NCBI GenBank assembly: GCA_964480775.1
Contig: CAYZRF010000015.1
Span: 15,359 to 47,358, forward strand
DNA length: 32,000 nt
Direction of reading: 5' to 3'
From: an uncultured Nitrososphaerota archaeon
GTDB lineage: Archaea; Korarchaeota; Korarchaeia; Korarchaeales; Korarchaeaceae
The translations under genes and the position numbers were made by a program. Under the pieces are notes generated by a model, which did not search any database, was not told the origin of the DNA, and worked only from the letters and a program-made list of their open reading frames with translations. This document shows, one piece after another, positions 1-8,265 of the stretch (position 1 is its first letter; every line of letters begins with the position of its first letter).

Positions 1-368
1 CCTTTCTCATGCTAAACAGGTTTCCCTACAACCCAGGCCACTTAATGATCGCTCCCTACAGGCATTTGGGTGATATCAAGGATCTTACACAGGAGGAGAT
101 CCTCGATATTTGGAGGATCCTAAGGCTCTCCATCAAAGCCCTCAAGGAAACCATGTCTCCGAATGGATTCAACATAGGAATTAATTTGGGAAGAGTGGCT
201 GGTGCTGGCTTCGAGGGACATGTACACGTTCATATCGTTCCAAGGTGGAACGGTGATACGAATTTCATGCCTGTAGTTGCAGAAACAAAGGTAATAAGCG
301 AGTCCCTAGAGTCTGTATACAGAGAACTTAAGAAGGCCATTGAAAGAATTCGAGAGGAGAACGCTTAA
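1..368 (+). CDS. HIT-family (histidine triad) nucleotide hydrolase/transferase, 5'-truncated at the window edge
   Basis: ORF 9..368 stays open in frame to base 3. It contains the histidine triad GHVHVHIVPR and FPYNPGHLMIAPYRH, typical of HIT / Ap4A-phosphorylase-like proteins. Stop TAA at 366-368. Confidence 0.85.
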   Translation, partial: FLMLNRFPYNPGHLMIAPYRHLGDIKDLTQEEILDIWRILRLSIKALKETMSPNGFNIGINLGRVAGAGFEGHVHVHIVPRWNGDTNFMPVVAETKVISESLESVYRELKKAIERIREENA

Positions 369-392
369 AATGCAAAAATAAGATTTTTCCGC

Positions 393-487
393 GGGGGCGT
401 GGGGTAGTTTGGTCTAGCCTGAGGGCTTCGGGAGCCCTTGACGCCTTAGAGGCGGGGGAAACCCGGGTTCAAATCCCGGCGCCCCCA
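393..487 (+). tRNA. tRNA-Pro (anticodon CGG at 429-431) with a 20-nt intron at non-canonical position 45/46 (441-460); no encoded CCA
   Basis: Hand-folded cloverleaf. Acceptor GGGGGCG (393-399) pairs with CGCCCCC (480-486). D stem is GGGU/GCCU. Anticodon stem AGGGC/GCCCU carries the 7-nt loop UUCGGGA. T arm is CCGGG-UUCAAAU-CCCGG. The 24 nt between position 43 and the T stem contain a BHB-like fold (see findings). Confidence 0.75.
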
Positions 488-539
488 CTCCTTCTACGAT
501 CTAAGGGTGGTTTCGAAGAAAGTCTCTCTTACAAGCAAA

Positions 540-1292
540 TTACTTTGTTTTTAGTAAATCCATGAACCTAAGGGCGTCCTCATACATGTAAATGTTGTTA
601 AATAGGATGTAGGTTTCTTTGGCTTCGCTGATGCTTTTAACGGATTTTAACAATTTTTCCAGATCTTCGTCCTTGTATTTGTACTTGTACATCTCTTTTC
701 CTGGAGGTTTTCCGTGCAACCTTATGTATCCTATCTTGTGGCTTGAAAAGGCGCAAGGTGAGGTCCTAAACAAATCAACGCAGTGAATTAGATCAAACTC
801 AAGGCAAATATCCCTGACCGTATCTTGATCATTTATCCAGCTAGCTCCCCTAGGTTCCCACACCATCACAAGGCCGGCTCTCTTTATCTTGGAAAAGAAA
901 TCTCTCAACTTGTTTATGTTTTCAGATGTATTCCTGAAGGATGCAGGGGTCTGAAAAAGGATTATCCTTGCTCTCAGAGCCTCGGCTATTTCTTTTATCT
1001 TGTAATATGCTTGTATAGATGCATCTCCTGAAAACAGGTCTTCATGAGTGATTATCCTTGAGCTTTTTACCGTAAACTCAAAGGAGGGATTAATTTCATC
1101 AACAAGAGACCTCCAATTTTCTACGGTCTTAACTCTGGGTATCTTATAGAAGGTGCTATTCACTTCTACAAGGTCGAAAAGGCTTGCATAAGCTTGAACT
1201 TTATGTTTGTACTTCTCCTTCCAGTCAGAAAGGTTCAAAAACTTGTTAGGGTTGAAATAAGACCATCCACAGCATCCTACTTTTATCATCAT
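540..1292 (-). CDS. DUF72 (UPF0759) family protein
   Basis: 250-aa ORF. N-terminus MMIKVGCCGWSY..., then VEVNSTFYKIP and FEFTVKSSRIITH, match the DUF72 family signature as I remember it. Confidence 0.8.
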   Translation of the reverse strand: MMIKVGCCGWSYFNPNKFLNLSDWKEKYKHKVQAYASLFDLVEVNSTFYKIPRVKTVENWRSLVDEINPSFEFTVKSSRIITHEDLFSGDASIQAYYKIKEIAEALRARIILFQTPASFRNTSENINKLRDFFSKIKRAGLVMVWEPRGASWINDQDTVRDICLEFDLIHCVDLFRTSPCAFSSHKIGYIRLHGKPPGKEMYKYKYKDEDLEKLLKSVKSISEAKETYILFNNIYMYEDALRFMDLLKTK

Positions 1293-1430
1293 CTATTTTC
1301 TAAGTTGTTCTTCTTAGTAAATAATGATTGGGGGTATTTGAGAAATCAGCAGAGGGGTAGATCATCATAAGCATCAGCTGTCCCCTCCTTCATTATCGCA
1401 AGCTACTCAACATTGAAAAGGGATTTTCAA

Positions 1431-1518
1431 AGCCCCGGGCGGGACTTGAACCCGCGACCTGCCGCTTTCACTGCTTTGGCATACGAGGCGGCCGCTCTGC
1501 CAACTGAGCTACCGGGGC
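1431..1518 (-). tRNA. tRNA-Thr (anticodon CGU) with a 15-nt intron at canonical 37/38 (1467-1481)
   Basis: The reverse complement folds as GCCCCGG-UA-GCUC-AGUUGGCA-GAGC-G-GCCGC-CUCGUA|intron|A-GCGGC-AGGUC-GCGGG-UUCAAGU-CCCGC-CCGGGGC-U. All four stems are Watson-Crick. Confidence 0.9.
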
Positions 1519-1587
1519 ACTCACTTGGCCGTTTTAATTGAAGACGATGCCTCTATAAATTTTCCGTGTTTAATATAATTGACCAAT

Positions 1588-2115
1588 ATGAAAAAACAGG
1601 ATCTATTGCTTGTGGCACTTACCATCGCACTTGGGGATCCAGAGATCGCAGAGGCTCTACTTAAAGCGTTTAGCAAGGGAGAAGTGGAAACCATGGAACT
1701 CATAGAACTTCTGGACATGAGCCCTGCTGATGTTAGGAGGATCCTTTACAGACTTCATGACCTAAACTTGGCCTTTCAAATTGTGAGAAAGGGGGAAGAA
1801 GGAGAGAGGCTGGTTTTTTGGGTTCTAAACGAGAAGATAGCCCCATCCTTCGTTGAAAAAAGGCTGGAAAGAACGAAAAAAATTCTTGAAGAAGAAATTA
1901 GGGTTGAGGAAGGCGGGGAGTACTACGTTTGCGCTGCAGATCCATCCCATATTAAGATATCCTTTGAAGAGGCTGCATTTGGGCCTGAGAACGGATTTCT
2001 TTGTCCTGTCTGCGGAGCATCCTTGATACCAGTCGACAGAGATAGGGCAGTAGAGAAGATAAAGGAAGCAATACGGCTGATCGACGGGCTACTGAAGGAG
2101 ATGAAGCATGATTGA
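1588..2115 (+). CDS. tfe: Transcription factor E (TFE, TFIIE-alpha homolog)
   Basis: About 175 aa with an N-terminal winged-helix region (ELIELLDMSPADVRRILYRLHDLNL) and a C-terminal zinc-ribbon-like segment (YYVCAADPSH...FLCPVCG). The first CxxC of the ribbon is degenerate. The ATG at 1588 is preferred over the TTG at 1579. An A/T-rich box (TCTATAAATTTT, 1551-1562) lies upstream. Confidence 0.75.
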   Translation: MKKQDLLLVALTIALGDPEIAEALLKAFSKGEVETMELIELLDMSPADVRRILYRLHDLNLAFQIVRKGEEGERLVFWVLNEKIAPSFVEKRLERTKKILEEEIRVEEGGEYYVCAADPSHIKISFEEAAFGPENGFLCPVCGASLIPVDRDRAVEKIKEAIRLIDGLLKEMKHD

Positions 2116-2869
2116 ACTTTTTCTTGCGGAGAAGATTTATGGAAGGGATTTCATTCAAAAACTCGAGCTTTTTGGTCATGAGGTAATGAGACACATCGAG
2201 GATTTGGAAATAGAGGTTGTGAATTTCGAGACATTCAAAGAGTGGGTAAGGGTAACTATCAGCGGAGAAGATGAGATTGCAGCAGCCAATTTCATCAAGA
2301 AAGTTTACGGAGAAGTAAGAAGCCTTTCAGAGATCTCTCCTGGAGATGTGTTGAAGGGATTTGCCAAGGATGTAGGAAAAGTTGGCTATGGGCTGTATTT
2401 GGACGCTTTTATTGAGGAGAAAGACGCATTAATACCGCTGTACTCCCTGAGAGAATCTTTAGCAGCCAACAAAAAACTGCCCCTTCGTACAATTGTAAGA
2501 TATTTTGGAATGGTGGAGCACATGCCTCTAGAGTTCGTGGTTCATAAGATAGAAGGTGAAAAAATAGAAGGCACCCTATCTCCTGCACAAATAAAGGATT
2601 TTGTGGAATTGATGGAGGAGGGCTTAGACGTGCTTGTTATAACAGGAGCATCGAGAAATGAGATAGAAGTTGCTTTGGATAGGTCAGGTCATAGTATAGA
2701 CGTCGTTAGAATAGAAAGACTATCCTTTTTATGTCATAGATTGATTTGTAAAGAAAAAACCATGGCAACGGGCCTTATTCCTGAATTAGGCCCGTTCCTA
2801 AGTGAGAGTTTGTTTGGTGTGTTCTCGCCTAAAAGGATAATAAAGAGTTTAAAAATAGGATATGATTAG
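2108..2869 (+). CDS. Conserved-looking hypothetical protein, translationally coupled to tfe; contains an S1/OB-like motif
   Basis: 253-aa ORF whose ATG overlaps the tfe stop (ATGATTGA). GDVLKGFAKDVGKVGYGLYLD resembles an S1-type OB-fold motif. It may belong to an archaea-specific DUF family, which I cannot verify without a search. Confidence 0.55.
   Translation: MIELFLAEKIYGRDFIQKLELFGHEVMRHIEDLEIEVVNFETFKEWVRVTISGEDEIAAANFIKKVYGEVRSLSEISPGDVLKGFAKDVGKVGYGLYLDAFIEEKDALIPLYSLRESLAANKKLPLRTIVRYFGMVEHMPLEFVVHKIEGEKIEGTLSPAQIKDFVELMEEGLDVLVITGASRNEIEVALDRSGHSIDVVRIERLSFLCHRLICKEKTMATGLIPELGPFLSESLFGVFSPKRIIKSLKIGYD
2848..2857 (+). promoter_or_regulatory. TATA-like box (TTTAAAAATA) about 27 nt upstream of tRNA-Ser
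   Basis: An A/T-rich octamer at the archaeal TATA-box distance from the mature 5' end of the tRNA. It lies inside the 3' end of the preceding ORF. Confidence 0.4.
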
Positions 2870-2878
2870 ATTCAGTCT

Positions 2879-2983
2879 GCCGGGGTACCCTAGTCCGGTA
2901 TGGGGCGGGCCTGGAGTCTGTAGTTGGCGGAGAGCCCGTGGCCCTTTTGGGCCGCGTGGGTTCGAATCCCACCCCCGGCGCCA
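2879..2983 (+). tRNA. tRNA-Ser (anticodon GGA at 2913-2915), class II with a long variable arm, 16-nt intron at 37/38 (2917-2932), encoded CCA
   Basis: Acceptor GCCGGGG/CCCCGGC. Anticodon stem CGGGC/GCCCG with loop CUGGAG|intron|A. Variable arm GGCCC-UUUU-GGGCC. T arm GUGGG-UUCGAAU-CCCAC. Discriminator G followed by CCA at 2981-2983. Confidence 0.85.
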
Positions 2984-3040
2984 TAACAATTAAATTCCAC
3001 TTATGATGGGAAAGGTGAAGTAGGAAGGTGGAGGAGCACC

Positions 3041-3490
3041 TTGAGCCAAGAAACTAAAAGAATCGTAAGGTTAGCTAGAACTTCGCTAGATGGGACTAAG
3101 CCAGCAATAGCCGCCCTTCTGGACATAAGAGGTGTTGGTTTATCGTTTGCACATGCTGTCCTTAGGGTGGCTGAGATAGACCCCTTGAGAAGAATAGGAG
3201 AGATAGAGGACGAGAAGCTCTCACAAATAGAGGACATTTTAACGAATCCGGCTAGGTATGGGATCTCATGGTGGATGTTAAACAGACAAAAGGACTATGA
3301 AACTGGAGAAAGCCTTCACTTTCTAGGGGATGAAGTTAGGCTTGTTGTTGAGAAGGATATAAAGAGAATGAAGGCGATTAGAAGCTGGAAAGGTATAAGG
3401 CATCATCTAGGGCTTAAAGTAAGGGGGCAGAGGACAAAAACAACTGGAAGAACTGGTAGAACAATCGGTTACAAGAGAAAGAAGAGGTGA
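3041..3490 (+). CDS. rps13: 30S ribosomal protein S13 (uS13)
   Basis: RIVRLARTSLDGTKPAIAALLDIRGVGLSFAHAVL and a basic C-terminus are characteristic of uS13. TTG start preceded by GGTGGAGG. Confidence 0.93.
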   Translation: MSQETKRIVRLARTSLDGTKPAIAALLDIRGVGLSFAHAVLRVAEIDPLRRIGEIEDEKLSQIEDILTNPARYGISWWMLNRQKDYETGESLHFLGDEVRLVVEKDIKRMKAIRSWKGIRHHLGLKVRGQRTKTTGRTGRTIGYKRKKR

Positions 3491-3496
3491 AAGTAA

Positions 3497-4045
3497 GTGG
3501 GGGATCCAAAAAAGCCCAAGAAGAAATATGAACGCCCTAGAAAACCTTGGGATAGGCGAGTTCTTGAGGAATCAACTAGACTTGCGGGATTATATGGACT
3601 AAGGAGCAAAAAAGAGCTTTGGAGGGCTGCTTACATTGCCAGAAAATATAGGAGGATAGCTAGAAAATTGCTTGAGCTTCCAAAAGAACAAAGAGTTAAG
3701 TCGGAGAGGATCATAATCGGAAAACTTCAGAGAATGGGTGTGCTTGGCGAGGGCGCAATGTTGGACGATGTCTTAGACCTCTCAACTGAAAACATACTAG
3801 AAAGAAGGTTACAAACGTTGGTTTGGAGGAAAGGATTCGCTAAATCCCCATACATGGCCCGTCAGCTAATAGTTCACGGTAAGGTTAAGGTTGCTGGGAG
3901 GAGAATAAGGCAACCAGGCTACTTAGTGCCCGTTGAAGAGGAAGGATTGATAGAATGCCTGTTTGAGCTCGAACCACAAGTTGAGGAGCCTCCAGAGCCT
4001 AAACCTGAATCTTCTGAGCCGCCAGTTACAAGTGAAGCAGCATGA
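3497..4045 (+). CDS. rps4: 30S ribosomal protein S4 (uS4)
   Basis: N-terminus GDPKKPKKKYERPRKPWD, plus an S4 RNA-binding domain (RRLQTLVWRKGFAKSPYMARQLIVHGKVKV). GTG start after AGGTGA. Confidence 0.93.
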   Translation: MGDPKKPKKKYERPRKPWDRRVLEESTRLAGLYGLRSKKELWRAAYIARKYRRIARKLLELPKEQRVKSERIIIGKLQRMGVLGEGAMLDDVLDLSTENILERRLQTLVWRKGFAKSPYMARQLIVHGKVKVAGRRIRQPGYLVPVEEEGLIECLFELEPQVEEPPEPKPESSEPPVTSEAA

Positions 4046-4054
4046 GGTGATCTT

Positions 4055-4459
4055 ATGTCACGTAGAAGAAGCAGTAAGGAAAGGATTGGAATAGCTCACG
4101 TTTATTCCTCGTTTAACGACACGATAGTCCATATTACGGATATTACTGGAGCAGAAACAATAGCTATTTACAGTGGAGGGATGTTTGTTGATGCAGACAG
4201 GCTTGAAGGTTCGCCCTATGCGGCTCTAAAGGCAGCTATGGCTGCAGCCAGAGACGCGAAGAGGAAGGGGATCACGCAGGTTATAGCAAAGGTTCGAGCA
4301 CCGGGAGGTATTAGAAGTAGAATCCCGGGTCCGGGGGCAACGGCCGCAATAAGGGGGCTGTCGAGGGCTGGCTTGTTAATATTGAGAGTTGAAGATGTGA
4401 CTCCAATCCCCCATGACGGAACGAGACGTCCTCATGGAAGGAGGGGAAGGAGGGTCTAA
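4055..4459 (+). CDS. rps11: 30S ribosomal protein S11 (uS11)
   Basis: [21 protein letters not shown] and [17 protein letters not shown] are typical of uS11. SD-like GAGGTGAT lies upstream. Confidence 0.93.
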   Translation: MSRRRSSKERIGIAHVYSSFNDTIVHITDITGAETIAIYSGGMFVDADRLEGSPYAALKAAMAAARDAKRKGITQVIAKVRAPGGIRSRIPGPGATAAIRGLSRAGLLILRVEDVTPIPHDGTRRPHGRRGRRV

Positions 4460-4495
4460 ATAGGAGTTTATATTCCACTTCGTTGTTGAATAAAA

Positions 4496-5404
4496 TTGGA
4501 GTTGACAACATCACCAAAGAATCTAGGGGACCTAATGCTTAACTGGTATCAAAAGCAGCTTGGCAGCAGAGCCGAGCTTTCAAGGCCTGGTGATGATGAA
4601 TACTCTGTCTACATTCATATTGATGATTTTGAAGGAGGTAGAGAGGTCCTTGCCATTTTTCTAATTCCTGAAAGCGTTGAAGATTTTATTAAGTCTGTTA
4701 GAAACGAAATTAAATATTTAGAGGAGAAGGAAGTCCTCGTTGATTTTATTGATATTTGGGTTCCCCACGATTGGGTTGATAGATTAGAAGAGGTTGTTGA
4801 AGGCTTAAATGAAGAAAGCAAAGGCTTTCCTTTCATTAGGATTAGGGATTCTATCCAACTAAGTATTCCTATTTCAGCCCTAAAGGAACTCATATCAGGA
4901 TCAAAACCACCAGAAGTCACGTCTTTCAGACCAAAGGTTCCAAAGAGGACAGAGTCTAGGTTCAGGGAGGATAAGAGGCCAGCATTAAAGCATAAGAACG
5001 AGAGAGGTGTTGCCCTAACCGAGGAAAGATTAGAGGAGATTCTCGAGAGGGTTATAAGGAAGGTCGAAGGAGAAAGAAGAATAAACGACGTGGAGAAAAC
5101 GGTTGATGAGTTACAAAGAAGGATTTCCCTTTTAGAAGAAGTTATAAAGCTCCTTATTTCTTCCAAAAGTCCTCAACCCCAGTTTCCTCTAGATTCGTCC
5201 CTTATCCTCCCCGAGCATAAAACCGTTGAGAAAAAAGCGGCTAAAAAGTCAACCAAGCTTGAGCCAAAAATGAAAACAGTACCAAAGGATCAGGCAAGAA
5301 AATATTCTCCTGAACTCATTGAAGAGTTTGTAAAGGACAATCCTTGGGCTGAAGTTTTGAAGGAAAGGGGCAGGAGAGAGGAGGATGAAAACACCACATC
5401 ATGA
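4496..5404 (+). CDS. Hypothetical Lys/Glu-rich protein with a predicted coiled-coil, inserted between rps11 and rpoD
   Basis: 302-aa ORF on the same strand, within the operon. I recognise no family. Start is uncertain: TTG 4496 after GGAG, or ATG 4535. The opposite-strand ORF 4615..5166 looks like a shadow of it. Confidence 0.5.
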   Translation: MELTTSPKNLGDLMLNWYQKQLGSRAELSRPGDDEYSVYIHIDDFEGGREVLAIFLIPESVEDFIKSVRNEIKYLEEKEVLVDFIDIWVPHDWVDRLEEVVEGLNEESKGFPFIRIRDSIQLSIPISALKELISGSKPPEVTSFRPKVPKRTESRFREDKRPALKHKNERGVALTEERLEEILERVIRKVEGERRINDVEKTVDELQRRISLLEEVIKLLISSKSPQPQFPLDSSLILPEHKTVEKKAAKKSTKLEPKMKTVPKDQARKYSPELIEEFVKDNPWAEVLKERGRREEDENTTS

Positions 5405-5467
5405 GTGGTGGGAAAGATTATAGCCTAAGATTATCTGCCTCTTATCGTGTCTGATGGGAGTGTTACG

Positions 5468-6259
5468 ATGATGAAATGCAGGGTTTTGGAGTACAAACCT
5501 GATTTCGTTAGGTTGTTATTGGAAGATACCAGGCCAGCACTGGCCAACGCTTATAGGAGGGTAATTCAATCGGAGATACCAATTTTAGCAGTCGATGAAG
5601 TAATATTTCTTGCCAACACAACGGCGTTTTTCGATGAGTATATAGCACATAGGCTCGCCTTAATTCCTTTAAAGACTCCATTGAAAGTTCTAGATTTTGG
5701 TGAAGATTTCTCAGTTAGATTAAGACTTGATGTAACAGCTGAGGAAGAACAAACTATAGTTTATTCAGGACAGCTCGAGAGTTCCGATCCTGAAGTGTAC
5801 CCAGCGAATCCTAACATCCCGATTATAGCCATGAACAAGGGCGAAAGACTTTCTCTAGAGGCCATCGCAAGAATTGGAAGGGGCAAGCAGCACGTTAAGT
5901 GGCAAGCAGTTGCTGCGCTTGGATACAGATACTATCCCATTTACGTTTTCGATCCTCAGAAGTGCCCAAAGGCTAAAGAGCTTTTGGAGGAACTTAACGC
6001 TGAGGTAGTTCAAGAAGACGGCATGCTTCGAGTTCTGGATGCTCCATATCATCCAGAGCTAGAAAAAGTGCTCAGGAGATATGCTTTAGATCTTGGAGAA
6101 CCCGCTGTTAAGGTAGAATACGACGATAGCAGGATTATCATCAAGTTTGAATCTACTGGGGCGCTTGATTGCGATCAAATCCTCCTTCTTGCTGTCGACG
6201 AGCTCTTAAATAAGTTAGAAATTTTAGAAAGCTCCATTAAGGAGGCCAGCCGATCCTAA
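5468..6259 (+). CDS. rpoD: DNA-directed RNA polymerase subunit D (Rpo3)
   Basis: FVRLLLEDTRPALANAYRRVIQSEIPILAVDEVIFLANTTAFFDEYIAHRLALIPLK is the RpoD/RPB3 dimerisation-domain signature. The gene sits in the conserved position after S13-S4-S11. The start could also be the GTG at 5447. Confidence 0.9.
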   Translation: MMKCRVLEYKPDFVRLLLEDTRPALANAYRRVIQSEIPILAVDEVIFLANTTAFFDEYIAHRLALIPLKTPLKVLDFGEDFSVRLRLDVTAEEEQTIVYSGQLESSDPEVYPANPNIPIIAMNKGERLSLEAIARIGRGKQHVKWQAVAALGYRYYPIYVFDPQKCPKAKELLEELNAEVVQEDGMLRVLDAPYHPELEKVLRRYALDLGEPAVKVEYDDSRIIIKFESTGALDCDQILLLAVDELLNKLEILESSIKEASRS

Positions 6260-6266
6260 CTCTAAC

Positions 6267-6274
6267 TTTATAAT
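6267..6274 (+). promoter_or_regulatory. TATA-like box (TTTATAAT) about 30 nt upstream of tRNA-Leu
   Basis: A/T-rich box at an appropriate distance from the tRNA 5' end. Confidence 0.4.
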
Positions 6275-6300
6275 TCTCTTCTGCCATCCGAAGTTACTAG

Positions 6301-6389
6301 GCGGGGGTAGCCAAGCTAGGTCCAAGGCGCCAGCCTGAGGCGCTGGTGGGCGTAGGCCCGCGTGGGTTCGAATCCCACCCCCCGCACCA
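6301..6389 (+). tRNA. tRNA-Leu (anticodon GAG), class II, no intron, encoded CCA
   Basis: GCGGGGG-UA-GCC..GGC-G-CCAGC-CUGAGGC-GCUGG, then variable arm GGGC-GUAG-GCCC, then GUGGG-UUCGAAU-CCCAC-CCCCCGC-A-CCA. Confidence 0.9.
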
Positions 6390-6560
6390 TTCTAGAACGT
6401 TAATCTTGAAATTTAGGGGCTTATTAGTTCCTTTTGCTCATATAAAAATGTAGGAAGATGATGTCGGTTTATGCTAAGGATTATTATATGGGTAGCTCAT
6501 CCACTTGCAGGAATCATGGACAAGCTCAGCAACATCAAATGTAGAGGGAGGTTATAGGGA

Positions 6561-6926
6561 GTGCCCAAACCAACTGGACCAACAAATCCATCAGTCATTA
6601 GACTGATTAACTTTCTAGAAAAGAGTGCGAGGATAAACGGAGCCAAGATATGGAAAAGAGTTGCAGAAATCATACGGAAACCTAGAAGGAAGAGGGTTGC
6701 TGTGAACGTCTGGAAGATAGGCAAGTACGCTCAGGAAGCAAGTGCGGTAGTAGTGCCAGGAGTGGTTTTAGGATATGGTAGATTAGATAAGCCAGTTACA
6801 GTTGCAGCCCTTAAGATCTCTTCAAAGGCAAAGGAAAAGATTATAGGGGCTGGCGGCAAGGTTATTTCCATTGAAGATCTCGTAAAAGAGAACCCAAAGG
6901 GCTCGGGAGTCAAAATAATAGTTTGA
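6561..6926 (+). CDS. rpl18e: 50S ribosomal protein L18e (eL18)
   Basis: 121 aa. PTNPSVIRLINFLEKSARINGAKIWKRVAE...VVPGVVLGYGRLDKPVTVAALKISSKAKEKI matches L18e. It sits in the conserved position before L13. GTG start after GGGAGGT. Confidence 0.88.
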   Translation: MPKPTGPTNPSVIRLINFLEKSARINGAKIWKRVAEIIRKPRRKRVAVNVWKIGKYAQEASAVVVPGVVLGYGRLDKPVTVAALKISSKAKEKIIGAGGKVISIEDLVKENPKGSGVKIIV

Positions 6927-6936
6927 GGTGTCAACA

Positions 6937-7389
6937 ATGAGTAACTATGACCTAATCATCGACGCCGATGGAAAGATCTTGGGCAGACTTGCTAGTTTTG
7001 TTGCCAAGAGACTCTTAGAGGGAAAAAGAGTAGCCATCGTTAATGCTGAGAAGGCAATTATTTCTGGAAATCCAGAAACTATTCTCGAGAAATACCAAAA
7101 GAGGAGGAGCATTGAGGGGAAGCCTAAACCAACCAAGGGTCCAGTTCAACCAAGAACTCCTGATAGAATTGTCTGGAAGACAATAAGAGGTATGCTTCCA
7201 ATGAAAAAAGCTAAAGGAAGGGAAGCCTTAAGAAGGCTTCGTGTATTCATAGGAGTGCCCTCAGAATTAAAGAAATTGAGCGTATTCGAACTCCCTCTAG
7301 AATATACCATCGAAAACTTGAAACCTAAAAAGCGGAAGAAAGAGGTGACAGTTTATTGGTTAGCCAAGAGCCTAGGGTGGAAGGGATGA
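6937..7389 (+). CDS. rpl13: 50S ribosomal protein L13 (uL13)
   Basis: [39 protein letters not shown] is the uL13 signature. Confidence 0.92.
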   Translation: MSNYDLIIDADGKILGRLASFVAKRLLEGKRVAIVNAEKAIISGNPETILEKYQKRRSIEGKPKPTKGPVQPRTPDRIVWKTIRGMLPMKKAKGREALRRLRVFIGVPSELKKLSVFELPLEYTIENLKPKKRKKEVTVYWLAKSLGWKG

Positions 7390-7811
7390 GTGAGGCTAAG
7401 GAAGCTGTAAGGGGAATTGCTACAGCTTCAGCTAAAAGAAAAGAAGCAAGAGCTTTCGCTGTTTTAAGACCTGGTAAAGGAAGGCTCTACATAAATGGGT
7501 TCCCCGTTGAGGTTTATGCTCCTAATGAATTCGTGAGAATGAAGATACTTGAGCCTCTTTGGTTGGCTAAGGACTATGCAAAAACTGTAGACATCAGGGT
7601 AAGGGTCAAAGGCGGAGGTTTTATGGGTCAGGCTGACGCCATAAGGATGACGATAGGTAGAGCCCTTGTTAAGTGGACTGGATCAGAGGAGCTTGAGAGA
7701 ATATACAAGGAGTATGACAGAACCATTTTGGTGGGTGATCCGAGGAGAACAGAGCCTAAGAAGTTTGGTGGACGCAGTGCAAGGGCCAGGTTCCAGAAAT
7801 CTTATAGGTAA
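7386..7811 (+). CDS. rps9: 30S ribosomal protein S9 (uS9)
   Basis: [12 protein letters not shown]...[21 protein letters not shown]...[24 protein letters not shown]. The ATG overlaps the L13 stop (ATGA). Confidence 0.92.
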   Translation: MSEAKEAVRGIATASAKRKEARAFAVLRPGKGRLYINGFPVEVYAPNEFVRMKILEPLWLAKDYAKTVDIRVRVKGGGFMGQADAIRMTIGRALVKWTGSEELERIYKEYDRTILVGDPRRTEPKKFGGRSARARFQKSYR

Positions 7812-7858
7812 TCTCTCATAGAAGGACCAGGGGGTTGTTGTAATTGGCCATAACAAGG

Positions 7859-8248
7859 ATGTCTGCTAGCGAGTTGAAATCAGGAAGTTACGTCATGATA
7901 GACGGAGAGCCTTGCGTGGTTCTGGACCTATCAAAATCCAAACCAGGTAAGCATGGCTCTGCAAAGATCAGAATAGATGCTCGTGGAGTATTTGACGGAG
8001 TAAGGAGGAGCAAGATCTTTAGGGCGGACGAGTCCGTAGAAGTCCCCATTATAGACAAGAGAACTGCTCAGGTTGTAAACGTCACACCAGAATCGGTTCA
8101 GCTTATGGATATGGAGAGTTATGAGATGTTCGAATTAGAACCTCCAGAAGACGAGGAAATAACATCCAAACTTACTCCAGGAACTGAAGTTGAGTATTGG
8201 ATAGCATTAGGCAGAAGAAAGATTGTAAGAATCACTGGAGGAGGATAG
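7859..8248 (+). CDS. eif5a: Translation initiation factor 5A (aIF5A)
   Basis: GSYVMIDGEPCVVLDLSKSKPGKHGSAKIRI contains the hypusination loop KPGKHG. The start could instead be the TTG at 7844. Confidence 0.92.
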   Translation: MSASELKSGSYVMIDGEPCVVLDLSKSKPGKHGSAKIRIDARGVFDGVRRSKIFRADESVEVPIIDKRTAQVVNVTPESVQLMDMESYEMFELEPPEDEEITSKLTPGTEVEYWIALGRRKIVRITGGG

Positions 8249-8265
8249 CTTTTACTTAGGGAGTT

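Noticed and set aside
4615-5166. 183-aa Ser/Leu-rich ORF on the minus strand
   Set aside because: It is the antisense shadow of the Lys/Glu-rich plus-strand ORF 4496..5404. The composition is what the reverse complement of GAA/AAG-rich coding sequence produces.
6458-6544. 28-aa ORF (MMSVYAKDYYMGSSSTCRNHGQAQQHQM) in the tRNA-Leu / rpl18e spacer
   Set aside because: It has no ribosome-binding motif, no recognisable family and is very short. The spacer more plausibly holds the rpl18e promoter (CATATAAAAATG).
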